From assembly GCA_963842525.1 (NCBI GenBank), contig CAWJGT010000022.1, forward strand, positions 39,156-103,155: a DNA stretch of 64,000 bases, given 5' to 3'. The stretch is from an uncultured Holophagales bacterium. Its GTDB lineage: Bacteria > Acidobacteriota > Thermoanaerobaculia > Multivoradales > UBA5704. The notes under the pieces were generated by a model. It was not told where the DNA came from. It worked only from the letters and a program-made list of their open reading frames with translations, and did no database searches. Below, in pieces: positions 39,662 to 51,935 of this stretch (position 1 is the first letter of the stretch; every line of letters starts with the position of its first letter). The position numbers were made by a program, and so were the translations under genes.

Positions 39662-42217
39662 ATGGGCCGGCAGCACCTCCCCATGCACGACCCGCAGCCG
39701 CAGCTCCTCTCGTCCCGCAGACGCCGGGCCGCGGCGGTCGCTCTGGCCCTCGTCGCGATCGGGCCGTTCTGCTGGTTCATACTTCTCAATGCCCTTTTTC
39801 CCTTCCCCTGGGAGACCCTCCGCCGCCCGCCGGCCGCGATGGTGACGGACCGCGAGGGCGAGCCGCTGCGGTTCTTCCTGCCGGCGGACGAGCGGTGGCG
39901 GTTCCCGGTGCGGCTCTCCGAGCTGCCTCGGGAGCTGCCGCAGGCGTTGGTGGCGTCGGAGGACAGGTGGTTCTGGCGGCATCCGGGGGTCAATCCGGTG
40001 GCGGTGGTGCGGGCGGCGTGGTCGAATCTTTGGGCGGGAGAGGTGGTCTCGGGCGCTTCGACCATTCCCATGCAGATTGCCCGCATGGCCGAGCCGGGAC
40101 CGCGGACGCTGCCCCGCAAGCTGCGCGAGGCGTTCCGCGCCCTGCAGCTCGAGCGACGGTACTCCAAGGGAGAGCTGCTCGAGGTCTATCTCAACCTGAC
40201 CCCCTATGGCGGCAACGTGGAGGGGGTCGGGGCCGCGGCCTGGTTCTACTTTGGCAAGACTCCGGACCGCCTCTCGCTGGGGGAGATCGCGCTGCTCACG
40301 GCGCTGCCGCGGTCTCCTTCCCGGTACGACCCGACGCTGCACCCCGCGGCGGCGCGGGCGGCGCGCGACCGGGTGTTGGCGCAGCTCGCGGCGCGCGGGG
40401 TGTTTCCGCGCGGGGAGATCGAACATGCGGCCGCCCAGCCGCTGCCGAGCGAACGCCGCCGGCCCCCGTTCGCGGCCCCTCATTTCGCCGAGCTCGCGAC
40501 CGCCAGGATGCCGAGCGCGACGCGCCTGCAGGCCACGCTCGACCGGAGCGTCCAGAGCATCGCCGAGGAGCAGGTGGCGCAACGGATCGGCGAGCTGCGG
40601 AGCCTGGGGATCTCGAACGCCGCGGTGGTGGTGCTGGAGAACCGGACCCGCGCGGTCCGCGCCCTGGTCGGCTCGGCCGGTTTCCAGGAGAAGGCCTTTC
40701 AGGGGCAGGTGAACGGCGTAATGGCTCGCCGCTCGCCGGGCTCGACGCTCAAGCCCTTCCTCTATGCGCTGGCCTTGGACCAGGGGCGGGTGATCCCCGA
40801 CTCCTGGCTGCTGGACGTCCCCACCGACTTCGCCGGCTATGTAGCCGAGAACTATGACGAGCGCTACCGCGGCCGGGTGACCGTCCGCGACGCGCTGATC
40901 CAGTCGCTCAATGCCTGTGCCGTGCGGCTGCTCGCCGAGGTCGGCCTGCGGGACTTCCACGGCCTCCTCCTGCGCGGCGGGCTCGCGACCCTGGACCGCC
41001 CGGCTCACCAGTACGGCTTGCCGCTGGTCCTCGGGGCGGGCGAGGTGCGGCTGCTGGATCTGGTCAATCTCTATGCGTCGTTGGCGGAGGGGGGGCGGTA
41101 TGAGGCGGTCCGGATGGTGGAGCCTCACCCCCTGTCCCCCTCTCCCATCGCCCCCCCACCGACCGGGAGAGGGGGGACGCATGCGGAGCGACGGAGGCAA
41201 GGTCAAGCCGATTTTCTCTCAGCCATGGCTCCCGATTCCAGTCTGCTTCCTGTCCGTCGCACACCGCCTGATCTACGTCCCCCCTCTCCCGGGGGAAGGG
41301 GGGGCGATGGGAGAGGGGGACAGGGGGTGAGGCTCTTCTCTCCTTCTGCCGCACGGCTCGTCACCCAGATCCTCACCGACGTGCGCCGGCCGGACCTTCC
41401 CGAAGCCTGGGACCTCGCGCGGGACGTGCCGTCGGTCGCCTGGAAGACGGGGACCTCCTATGGGCACCGTGATGCCTGGGCGGTCGGCTTCTCGCGCAAT
41501 TTCACGATCGGCGTCTGGGTGGGGAACTTCGACGGCCGGCCGCGGCAGGGGATCTCGGGGAGCCAGCACGCAGGGCCTCTGCTCTTCGACCTCTTCCGGG
41601 CGATCGATCCCGGCGGCCTGCGGCCGGGCGACGATCCGGCGGCGCGGCATGGGGTCGACGAGATCGAGGTCTGTTCCGAGAGCCACGAGCTGCCGGGCCC
41701 CTTCTGCCCGACGCGCATCCGGGTCCCCTATCTGCCGGACCGTTCGCGCCTGACCGCTTGCACCTGGCACCGGCGGGTGCTGGTGGACGCCGGGAGCGGC
41801 GACCTGCTCGCCGGCGACTGCCTGGGCGGACGCTCCCACGCCTTCCGGCTGTTGACGATCCCGCCGCCGGAGCTGGCCGCCTGGTGGCGGGCGCAGGGGA
41901 TGCCGGTGGCCGACCTGCCGCGGCTCTCGCCGGCCTGCCGGGGCATCCCCGCGGGCGAGCCGCCGCGGATCGTCTCGCCGGACGCCGCCACCCCGTACCG
42001 GCTGCGGCGCGACGCCCCGGCCGAGTTCCAGCGCATCCTCCTGACCGCCCGCACCGGCCCCGGCGTCTCGCGGCTCTTCTGGTACCAGGACGGTCAACTG
42101 GTCGCCGCCGCGGCGCCCGCCGAGAGCCGTTTCCTCCCCCCTGTCCGCGGCGAGCACCGGCTGGTGGTCACCGACGACCTCGGGCGATCCGACGGCATCA
42201 CCTATCGCGTAGAGTGA
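39662..42217 (+). CDS. pbpC: Penicillin-binding protein 1C with in-frame repeat insertion
   Basis: SEDRWF..HPGVNP, GASTIPMQ, GSTLKPF (SxxK), SLN, KTGTS, C-terminal PBP1C domain. Confidence 0.96.
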   Translation: MGRQHLPMHDPQPQLLSSRRRRAAAVALALVAIGPFCWFILLNALFPFPWETLRRPPAAMVTDREGEPLRFFLPADERWRFPVRLSELPRELPQALVASEDRWFWRHPGVNPVAVVRAAWSNLWAGEVVSGASTIPMQIARMAEPGPRTLPRKLREAFRALQLERRYSKGELLEVYLNLTPYGGNVEGVGAAAWFYFGKTPDRLSLGEIALLTALPRSPSRYDPTLHPAAARAARDRVLAQLAARGVFPRGEIEHAAAQPLPSERRRPPFAAPHFAELATARMPSATRLQATLDRSVQSIAEEQVAQRIGELRSLGISNAAVVVLENRTRAVRALVGSAGFQEKAFQGQVNGVMARRSPGSTLKPFLYALALDQGRVIPDSWLLDVPTDFAGYVAENYDERYRGRVTVRDALIQSLNACAVRLLAEVGLRDFHGLLLRGGLATLDRPAHQYGLPLVLGAGEVRLLDLVNLYASLAEGGRYEAVRMVEPHPLSPSPIAPPPTGRGGTHAERRRQGQADFLSAMAPDSSLLPVRRTPPDLRPPSPGGRGGDGRGGQGVRLFSPSAARLVTQILTDVRRPDLPEAWDLARDVPSVAWKTGTSYGHRDAWAVGFSRNFTIGVWVGNFDGRPRQGISGSQHAGPLLFDLFRAIDPGGLRPGDDPAARHGVDEIEVCSESHELPGPFCPTRIRVPYLPDRSRLTACTWHRRVLVDAGSGDLLAGDCLGGRSHAFRLLTIPPPELAAWWRAQGMPVADLPRLSPACRGIPAGEPPRIVSPDAATPYRLRRDAPAEFQRILLTARTGPGVSRLFWYQDGQLVAAAAPAESRFLPPVRGEHRLVVTDDLGRSDGITYRVE
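41121..41334. repeat. Family-1 palindromic repeat inside pbpC, frame-preserving
   Basis: Terminal IR AGCCTCACCCCCTGTCCCCCTCTCCCATCGCCCCCCC and its complement; 41123-41332 = 210 nt. Confidence 0.92.
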
Positions 42218-42222
42218 TTGCG

Positions 42223-42282
42223 TTCCCCCTCTCCCGGGTGGGTGGGAGTGCGGATGGGAGAGGGAGCCAGGGGGTGAGGGAA
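42223..42282. repeat. Family-1 repeat, right arm only
   Basis: CCCCCTCTCCC..GGGAGTGCGGATGGGAGAGGGAGCCAGGGGGTGAGGG just after the pbpC stop. Confidence 0.8.
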
Positions 42283-42444
42283 CTCTTTGGTCTCAGTTGT
42301 GCTCTAATAGGGGCGAGGGAGCTGTCCATACTTTTCCGGGGGACCTTGTTTCCCCCTCTAGCCAGAGGGCCCGGCGTGAGTTGAAGGTTGCTCACGCTGT
42401 GCGCGTCGGATGAGAAGACCGTGGTCGATCTCCTGGACAGGGGT

Positions 42445-42473
42445 TTGACAGCGGTTGCCTACCCGAGTAGAGT
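42445..42473 (+). promoter_or_regulatory. Sigma70-type promoter
   Basis: TTGACA-17 bp-TAGAGT upstream of ATG 42497. Confidence 0.7.
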
Positions 42474-42496
42474 GACATGCTTGAAGGGGAAGGTGG

Positions 42497-44419
42497 ATGA
42501 GAGCCGCCCATAGAACGATCCCTCTGCTGCTCCTTTTCACCCTGCTCGGCAGGGCGGGCGCGGAGGCTGCGCCCGCAGCCGGTGTCCAGGGACAAGTCCT
42601 CTCGGAAAGCTCGCCTCTCGCGGCAGCGGGTGTCTACGTCTACAATCTCGCCGACTTCAGCCGCCAAAGGGTTCAGACGGACGCGCAGGGCAAGTTCCTC
42701 TTCGAAGATCTCCCCGCCGGTCTCTACAAGGTCATCGCCCACAAGGCCGGGTTCGTTCCCGCCGTCGTGGTCGTGATGCTCACCCGCACTGCGGCGCAGA
42801 GCTACCAGACCGTCGAGCTGCAGCTCGACAAGCGCGCCCGCGGCGCGGCCGGAGCCAAAGACGACTTCTGGTCGGTCCGGTCGCGGATCCCGGGCGACGT
42901 GCTGCGCGACCTCGACAAGGCGGAATTCCAGATGGCCGGGCTCTTCGCCCCGGGATCTGCCGATGCCATGAGCCTCGCCGGCTTCAGCACCCAGATGGAG
43001 GCGATGACCGGGGTTGACCAGATCTCGGACGTCGAAGGCCAGGTCTCGGGCGGTGGGCTCGACATCCGCGGCAACCTCGGCTCGGTCCAGGTCGGCTTGC
43101 AGGGCAAATTCTGGTCGCTCAGCGGCGATCCGGGGCCGCGGCCCGGCGGTCCGGCGGCCGGCGGCCAGATGAGCTCCCTGTCGCTCGACCTCCAGGCCGG
43201 CGATGCGAGCCGCATCAGCGTGATGTCGCTCAACAACCGGCTGACCCGGGGCAACGACAGCACGGCGGAACCGGTCGGCTTCGAGCACTACCAGGTGAAC
43301 TGGTCGCAGGGCCTGGGAGAGAACGGCCGGACGGACGTCGCCGCCCAGTACACAGCGGAGAGCAACTTCCACCGCCAGGGCTCGATCGATCCGCTGGAGA
43401 TCCCTGAGGCGTCGCGCACCTGGCGCATCGAGGGGGCGTACACGGCCGACCTCGGCGACCGCAACACGCTGCAGGCCGGGCTCCGGTACCGCGAGCGCCA
43501 GCTCGGTGTGGGAGGAGGGGCCGCGAGCCTGCGGTCGGAGGAGCTGACGGGAGCGTCCACCCTCGACCTCTTCGGCCACGGCGGCCTGCGGGTGCAGCCG
43601 GCGATCCTCCTGGAGTACGGCCTCTACAGCACGGTGTCGGACGGCAGCCTGTCGCTGAGCCCGCAGGGCGGCATCGTGCTCCAGCTCGGACAGAACTGGC
43701 GGCTCGAGAGCTCGGCCCGCCAGCGCGTCTATGAAGACGTCCGTTTCCTGCCGACTTTCCTCCCCACGCTCTTCGCCGAGGGCGACCTCTGCGAGCAGGG
43801 GAGCGAGGCGTGCTACCAGGTCAGCGTCTCGCACCACAGCGGCGATGACGACTCGTTCGTCCTCTCCGCCACCCACCGCAAGGTCGGCGAGACCCTCCGC
43901 CTCTACTTCAGCGAGGAGCTGTTCGACCGCCTGGAGAGCCTGTACCTGGTCCGCGGCGACGAGCTGCCGGAGCTGCGGTTGCAGATGACCCGCAAGCTCT
44001 CGCCGCAGGTGCTCACGACTCTCGAGTCGAGCCTGGCGACAGGCGGCGGCGGCACCTTCGTGGCCGCCAACCGCCGGCCGTATGAAAACCAGGTCAAGTA
44101 CATGGTCACCTCGCTCGACACGCAGTTCCTCAGCTCCTCGACGGGGCTCTTCGTGGCCTTCCACCATCTCGCCCAGGAGCTCCAGCCGCTCGGGCCGAGC
44201 ACGCCGAACGCGTCGCGGGCAATGGGTCCGCAGTACGAGCTCGACCGGGTCCGTCTCATGCTGACGCAGGACCTCGGCTTCATGCTCGACCTCGCTTCGG
44301 ACTGGGCGGTGCGGCTCGACATGGAGCTCAGCCGCGGCCCGGTTTCCTCATCCGCCAGCAGCCCCCGCGACAACGAGGTCCGCCGGCGGCTGATGGGCGG
44401 CATCGCAGTCAAGTTCTGA
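42497..44419 (+). CDS. Outer-membrane beta-barrel-like protein with N-terminal carboxypeptidase-regulatory-like domain
   Basis: Signal peptide, TDAQGKFLFEDLPAGLYKVIAHKAGF, amphipathic strands, C-terminal GIAVKF. Confidence 0.75.
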   Translation: MRAAHRTIPLLLLFTLLGRAGAEAAPAAGVQGQVLSESSPLAAAGVYVYNLADFSRQRVQTDAQGKFLFEDLPAGLYKVIAHKAGFVPAVVVVMLTRTAAQSYQTVELQLDKRARGAAGAKDDFWSVRSRIPGDVLRDLDKAEFQMAGLFAPGSADAMSLAGFSTQMEAMTGVDQISDVEGQVSGGGLDIRGNLGSVQVGLQGKFWSLSGDPGPRPGGPAAGGQMSSLSLDLQAGDASRISVMSLNNRLTRGNDSTAEPVGFEHYQVNWSQGLGENGRTDVAAQYTAESNFHRQGSIDPLEIPEASRTWRIEGAYTADLGDRNTLQAGLRYRERQLGVGGGAASLRSEELTGASTLDLFGHGGLRVQPAILLEYGLYSTVSDGSLSLSPQGGIVLQLGQNWRLESSARQRVYEDVRFLPTFLPTLFAEGDLCEQGSEACYQVSVSHHSGDDDSFVLSATHRKVGETLRLYFSEELFDRLESLYLVRGDELPELRLQMTRKLSPQVLTTLESSLATGGGGTFVAANRRPYENQVKYMVTSLDTQFLSSSTGLFVAFHHLAQELQPLGPSTPNASRAMGPQYELDRVRLMLTQDLGFMLDLASDWAVRLDMELSRGPVSSSASSPRDNEVRRRLMGGIAVKF

Positions 44420-44449
44420 TCCTCACCTCACCCAAAGCCTTGAATCCTG

Positions 44450-44471
44450 AAAAATGGATGTATCCATTTTT
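44450..44471. promoter_or_regulatory. AT-rich palindrome, candidate operator or hairpin
   Basis: AAAAATGGAT-GT-ATCCATTTTT upstream of the sensor kinase gene. Confidence 0.45.
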
Positions 44472-44587
44472 CCGGATCGCATCCGGCCAAATTGTGGCAA
44501 AATAGGGGCGTTGGACGCATTCAAAAATGCGTCGCGGCGGGCACGGAAAGTGCTACCTCGGATTTGAACCATGGCTGCCGTCGCGCA

Positions 44588-47445
44588 ATGAAGCGGACAC
44601 GTATCTTCAAACTCACCCTGGCGCTGGTACTCGCGCTGGCAGTGGTCGCTCTCGGCGGATGGAGCGTCCACCGCAAGGTGCAGTCGTTCCAGACCCTCGG
44701 GTTCGAGCCCGAGGTCGCCGGTGGGCTGATCGAGGTCGGCCGGGTGGACGATCCGTGGACCAGCCTGAAGACCGGCGATCAGATTCTGCTTCTCAACACC
44801 CGGAACGAGGCCGCCAGTTGGGGCGAGCTCGTGCAGGCCTTGCGCGAGAAGCCGCAGACGACCGTTCCGGTGCTGCGCGGCGCCGAGGTCGTCCAGGTCT
44901 CCTACCACCGGCCGCCGCTCGACATCGACATCCCGTTCCTGATCCTGGCGCTCTCCGGCGTCGCCTATCTGCTCATCGGTCTCTATACGCTGCTGCGCCA
45001 GGGCGGCAATCAGGGCTTCCTGTTCTATCTCTGGTGCCTGACCTCGGCGGCGTTCTACCTGCTGAGCCCGATGCGGCCGGAAGACTCGATCTTCAGGGCA
45101 GTCTACCTGGGCGATGAGATCGCGCGGATCTTCCTGCCGGCGTTGACGCTGCACCTGTTCCTGGTCTTCCCGGAGCCCTTGGAGCCCCTCAAGACACAGC
45201 GGCGATGGAGCGAGCGGATCATCCCGTTCCTCTACCTGCCGGCCGCGCTCCTGCTGACCCTCCAGCTCGATCTCGCGCTGACGGACGGCCGCTGGATCTT
45301 CGGCCGGCCGCTGCTGGAGCGCCTCCTGCTGCTCGACCGGATCGAGATGGGCCACCTTGGCCTGTTCGCCATGGCCGCGGTGGCGGTGCTGATCCGGCGC
45401 CTGCTCCACGCCCGCAACTGGGAGCAGCAGCGGCAGATGCAGTGGCTGGCCTTCGGCCTGGGCGGCGGCTATGCGCCGTTCCTCCTGCTCAACCTGATCC
45501 CCGAGACCTTCGGGCTGCGCGGGCCGGAGCTGCTGGAGGCGGCTTCGGTCCTGCCGCTGGCGCTCGTGCCGCTGACCTTCGCCTACGCCATCCTGCGCTA
45601 CAAGCTGTGGGACATCGAGGTGATCGCCCGCGACACGATCTCGCTGACGCTCACCCTGCTGCTCGGCATCCTCGGCTTCTCGCTCGCCAATCTGGCGATC
45701 AACCGCGGCATCACCCAGGAGATGGCGGAGGCGCGCAACCTCCTCTCGTTCGTCGCCGGCCTGGCCATCGCCGGCCTGCTGGTGCCGACCCGCAAGGGGA
45801 TCGGCTCGGCGCTGGAGCGGTTCCAGTACCGCGGCAGCTTCGGCAAGCGCCGGGCGCTCTCTGAATTCGGCCGCGAGCTGCTCCACGAGCGCGACCTCGG
45901 CCGGCTGTGCAGCGCGCTGCTGCGGCAGATCGAAGAGGGGGTCGACCTCGACCGGGTGAACCTCTGGCTGGTGCACGGCGAGGTGCTGGCGCCGGTGCGG
46001 CCCGAGCCGGAGCTGCCCGCGCGGCTGCCCTTCGAGGCGCTCGGTCTGGAGCTGTGGAAGCGGGAGTGGGTGCCGCTCTCGGGCATTGTCATGCCGGGCG
46101 AGCCCACGTCGCTGGAGCAGCGACTGTTCATCGCCGGCTATCGCTATGCCTTCCCGCTGACCCTCCGCGGCCATGGCGTCGGCCTCGCCCTGACCGGGTT
46201 CAAGGAAGAGCACGCGCCGCTCAACAGCGACGACACCGCGCTGATCCGGCACCTGATGGACCAGGCGGCGCTGGCGATCGAGAACGCGCAGCTCCTCGGG
46301 CAGCTCCACCTCCAACTGGAGGAGGTGCGCCATCTCCAGCGCTATTCCGAGGGGATCTTCGAGTCCTCGCCGGCCGGCATCGCCGTGCTCGACGCGGAAC
46401 GCATGGTCGTCTCCGCCAACGCGGCTTTCGCGGAGATCGCCGGCCGCGAGCGCCAGTCGATCCTCGGGCGCAAGCTGGCCGAGGTCCTCCCGGTCTCGCC
46501 GCTGCCCGCTCCGGGCGACTCGCTCCAGGTGAGCTGGTGCGACGCCTCCGGCCAGGAGCGCTACCTGCAGATCAGCCTGGCGGCCTATGAAGGCGGGTTC
46601 GACCAGGAAGGCCTCCCGGAAGGCGAGCTGCGGGTCCTGGTCATCCACGACGTCTCCGAGCGGGTGGCCATGGAGAATGCGTTGCGCGAGAAGGACCGCC
46701 TGGCCGCTCTCGGCATGCTGGCGGCCGGCGTGGCCCACGAGGTCAACACGCCGATCACCGGCATCTCGAGCTACGCCCAGATGCTGCTCGCCGACACGGC
46801 GGAGAGCGATCCGCACTACGAGATCCTGAAGAAGGTCGAGCGCCAGACCTTCCGCGCCGCCCGCATCGTCAACAACCTGCTGGAGTTCGCCCGCGACCGG
46901 CAGAAGGAGCGCAAGCCGGTCGCGGTCGCCCCGCTGCTGCGCGAGTGCGTGGAGCTGCTCGCCGAGCAGATGCAGAAGCGGCGGATCGAGCTGGTGTGGG
47001 ATCTCCCCGCGGAGGCCGCCGGACAGGAGATTCGCGTGATGGGCTGCGACGGCGAGCTGCAGCAGGTCTTCACCAACCTGCTGGTCAACGCCTTCGACGC
47101 CGTCGCCGGCACGCCCTGCTCCCCGGAGGCCGGTGCAGCATCACCGGCCCGCCGGCGGATACCGGGAACACCGGGCCGGATTGCCATCGTCCTGGAGCCC
47201 GGCGAGGACCGGATCCAGGTGCGCATCGAGGACAACGGCGCCGGCATTCCGCCCGAGAAGCTGGAGGCGATCTTCCAGCCGTTCTATTCGACCAAGCTCA
47301 ACCGCGGCGGCACGGGGCTCGGCCTGTCGATCAGCTATGACATCGTGCACCGGCACGGCGGCGACCTGCGGGCCGTGAGCCATCCCGGCGAAGGCGCCTG
47401 CTTCGTCGTCGAGCTGCCGCGCCTGCGGGCTGTCGAGCCCAACCC

Positions 47446-47449
<4 letters not shown>
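44588..47449 (+). CDS. Multi-TM sensor histidine kinase (PDZ-like, GAF, PAS, HisKA, HATPase)
   Basis: AGVAHEVNTP H-box, QQVFTNLLVNA, DNGAGI, GGTGLGL. Confidence 0.95.
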
Positions 47450-48828
<1,379 letters not shown>

Positions 48829-48914
48829 GCCGGCGCCATGTCATTCTTGATGTCCCCCGCTGCCGCGCGGGCCGGATCATTTCTTCTTCTCTGTCGAAGA
48901 CGAGGGCTTTCCAC

Positions 48915-51617
48915 ATGTTCCGCAATGTTTTCGTTTCCGCCGTCGCGCTGGCGTTCTGCGCGACGCTGACGCTGGCCGAGACGCCGGCCACGGCACCCGG
49001 CTCGACCGGCTCGACCGTCTCGGGATGGCTGGCGCCGCTCTCCCGGGGGGAGGTCCTGGAGATGCCCGCCCTGGATGCGAAGGTGCCGCGGCCGGACGCG
49101 GTCCTGGGGTATCCCCTGGGCAGCCGCTTCACCTCCTGGGACCGCATCCAGGACTACCTGGAGGCGGCGGCCGCGGCCTCGCCGCGGGTCAGGATCTCGG
49201 AATACGGCCACACCTATGAAGGCCGGCCGCTGCGGCTCGTGGCCATCACCAGCCCAGAGAACGCGGCGCGCCTCGAAGAGATCCGCAAGGACCACCTCCG
49301 CCTGTCCGATCCGGGCTCGCTGTCCGAGGACGAGCGGCAGCGGCTCACCCGGAGCCTCCCGGCGCTGGTCTGGCTGGCCTATGGGGTCCACGGCAACGAA
49401 TCCTCCTCGGCCGAGGCCGCGATGGGTACGGCCTATGTCCTGGCGGCGGGCCAGGGCGAGGTCGCCGAGATGCTCAAGGGGATGGTCGTGCTGATCGATC
49501 CGCTCGCCAACCCGGACGGGCGCGAGCGGTACGTCCAGTCGTTCCGCCAGCGGATCGGCGAGACGCCCAACCCGAACCGGGTCGCGGCCGAGCACTGGGA
49601 GCCCTGGCCGGGCGGACGGCAGAACCACTATCTGCTCGACTTGAACCGGGACTGGGCATGGGCCACCCAGCAGGAAAGCCGCGCCCGCATCGCCGCCTAC
49701 CGCGCCTGGGAGCCGCAGGTCTTCGTCGACTTCCACGAGATGGGCAGCGACTCGAGCTATTTCTTTCCGCCGGCCGCCGATCCGGTCCACCCGCAGATCG
49801 ACCGGCGCGTGGTCTCGTGGCTGGAGACCTTCGGCCGCGGCAATGCCGAGGCCTTCGACCGCCAGGGGTGGATCTATTTCAAGGGGGAGAATTACGACCT
49901 CTTTTATCCCGGCTACGGCGACTCCTATCCCAGCCTGCGCGGCGCCGTGGGCATGACCTACGAGATGGCCGGCGGCGGGCGGGGCGGCCTGGCCCTGACC
50001 CTGGCCGACGGCAGCGTGCTCACCCTGGCCGACCGCGTGGCCCGGCACCTGACCACCTCGCTCTCCACGGTGCGGACGGCGTCGCGCAACGCCCGTCGCC
50101 TGGTGGAGGATTACGTCGCCGGCCGCGGCAGCTCCGCCGCAGGCAGCCGCGTCTACCTGTGGCCGGGCGACCAGCAGGAGGCGCGGGCCCTGGCCGACCT
50201 GCTGGCCCTGCACGGCGTGCGCGTGCAGCAGCTCGCGCAGACGGCCGAGGTCCCGGTGCGCCACCTGAAGGGCGGCGAGGAGACGACGCGGCGGTTCGCG
50301 GCCGGCGCCTACGTGGTGTCGACCGCGCAGCCGCTGGGCAACCTGATCGAGGCGCTGATGCAGCAGGAAGCGCCGATGGCCGAGAGCTTCCTCGAGCGCC
50401 AGCGGCAGCGGCTGGAGCAGAACCTCGACCCGGAGTTCTACGACATCACGGCGTGGTCGCTGCCCCTGGCCTACAACGTCGAGACCTGGGTGGCGTCGCG
50501 CGAGCCGGGCAGTCTCCGTCCCCTGGCCGAGCCGGGCAAGCCGGAGGGGGGGCTGCGCGGCGACGGCAGACTCGGCTGGCTCGTGCCGCCGCAGGGGCTC
50601 GCCTCCTACCGGCTGGCCGCGCAGCTCCAGCGGCGGCACATCGGCCACCGGATCGCCCTCGCCCCTTTCACCAGCGGCGGCACGGCCTATCCGCGGGGGA
50701 CCCTGTTCATCCCGCGGCACGGCAATCCCGAGGATTTGCAGGCCATGCTGGAGGGCGTCCTCCGGGACAACGGCCTCACCGGCCAAGCGGTCGCCACGTC
50801 CTTCGACATCAAGGGGCTGTCGCTGGGGTCGAACAGCATGCCCACGGTGCGCCCGGTCCGCATCGGCCTGCTCTCCGGCGACGGGGTGGACGTGACCTCC
50901 TTCGGCTTTCTCTGGTCGCTGTTCAACCGGCAGATCGGCTTGCAGCACGACCGGATCGACGTGGCGTCGCTGCGCCAGATCGACCTCTCCGAGCTCGACG
51001 TCCTGGTCCTGCCCAGCGGGGACTACGAGGACCGCATCGGCGAGCGGGCCCGGACGGCCCTGGATGCCTGGGTGAGGGGGGGCGGCGCGCTGGTGGCGGT
51101 CGGCGACGCCGTCAAATGGCTGCAGGACCACAAGCTGACCTCGGTCAAGAGCTGGGAGCCGCCGGAGAAGAAGGACGACGACCGGGCCGACAAGCAGAGC
51201 GAGGACCCGGAGGGAGGGGTGAGCCCGCTGGAGAAGGAGCTGGCCTCGCGTCCCATCTTCACCCCGGGCGCGGCCCTGGCCACCGTGATGCAGCCGCTCC
51301 ACCCGCTGACCATCGGACTGCCGTCCTCGCCGGCGGTCCTCTACGAGGGGACGCTGGTTCTGGAGACAATGGGCGATCCGCGCAAGGACGTCCTGGTGGC
51401 GGTGGACGAGGATCCGGTGGAGGCCGGATTCGCCTGGCCCGAGGCCGAGGAGCGCCTGGCTGGCTCGCTCCTCGTCGGCATGGAGACGCGGGGGAGCGGC
51501 GCCGTGGTCCTCTTTTCCCAGGACCCGGCCTACCGCCTCTTCTGGCGTGCCACGACGCCGATCCTGCTCAACGCCGTCCTCTATGGCCCGAGCATCGGGG
51601 TGGGGAGCCGGTATTAG
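48915..51617 (+). CDS. M14-family zinc carboxypeptidase, secreted
   Basis: VHGNE, NPDG, DLNRDW, DFHEM; C-terminal GATase-like domain. Confidence 0.93.
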   Translation: MFRNVFVSAVALAFCATLTLAETPATAPGSTGSTVSGWLAPLSRGEVLEMPALDAKVPRPDAVLGYPLGSRFTSWDRIQDYLEAAAAASPRVRISEYGHTYEGRPLRLVAITSPENAARLEEIRKDHLRLSDPGSLSEDERQRLTRSLPALVWLAYGVHGNESSSAEAAMGTAYVLAAGQGEVAEMLKGMVVLIDPLANPDGRERYVQSFRQRIGETPNPNRVAAEHWEPWPGGRQNHYLLDLNRDWAWATQQESRARIAAYRAWEPQVFVDFHEMGSDSSYFFPPAADPVHPQIDRRVVSWLETFGRGNAEAFDRQGWIYFKGENYDLFYPGYGDSYPSLRGAVGMTYEMAGGGRGGLALTLADGSVLTLADRVARHLTTSLSTVRTASRNARRLVEDYVAGRGSSAAGSRVYLWPGDQQEARALADLLALHGVRVQQLAQTAEVPVRHLKGGEETTRRFAAGAYVVSTAQPLGNLIEALMQQEAPMAESFLERQRQRLEQNLDPEFYDITAWSLPLAYNVETWVASREPGSLRPLAEPGKPEGGLRGDGRLGWLVPPQGLASYRLAAQLQRRHIGHRIALAPFTSGGTAYPRGTLFIPRHGNPEDLQAMLEGVLRDNGLTGQAVATSFDIKGLSLGSNSMPTVRPVRIGLLSGDGVDVTSFGFLWSLFNRQIGLQHDRIDVASLRQIDLSELDVLVLPSGDYEDRIGERARTALDAWVRGGGALVAVGDAVKWLQDHKLTSVKSWEPPEKKDDDRADKQSEDPEGGVSPLEKELASRPIFTPGAALATVMQPLHPLTIGLPSSPAVLYEGTLVLETMGDPRKDVLVAVDEDPVEAGFAWPEAEERLAGSLLVGMETRGSGAVVLFSQDPAYRLFWRATTPILLNAVLYGPSIGVGSRY

Positions 51618-51659
51618 GGCGCTCCCATGGTCTTGACAGACGCAACAGATGCTGTAGCT

Positions 51660-51903
51660 GGCGGTAACTCGGCAGGAACGTTCCCGGAAAGGAGGTGCTT
51701 CTCCCAGACGAACGAAACCGGCAACCCCTCGTGATCCTTTTCGAGGAAGAACCCGTTTCGAGAAGAACCTAAACAGACGGCCCGGAGCGAAGTAGGAGCT
51801 TCACCCCGAGCCTGACCAACGCACGGAGGATAAGTCCAATGCGTGGCTACACTCGGAAGCCAGCCGGTTTGGGAGGTTCCTGGTGGCCCCGAGATCCCGT
51901 GCC
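51660..51903 (+). ncRNA. Candidate structured non-coding RNA (unassigned)
   Basis: TTGACA at 51633 upstream; complementary 5'/3' ends and four internal stems found by eye. Confidence 0.45.
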
Positions 51904-51935
51904 GTCCAACAAACTGCCGGCGGACCGTGTCGTAT

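Noticed and set aside
37292-42217. Extended starts of YfhO (41206) and pbpC (38873) implying a large overlap
   Set aside because: Recognisable sequence begins at 39583 and 39662; the extensions are antisense shadows
51660-51903. RNase P RNA or tracrRNA identity for the ncRNA candidate
   Set aside because: GGAGGATAAGTCC only loosely resembles GAGGAAAGTCC, the other RNase P motifs are absent, and there is no complementarity to the repeat
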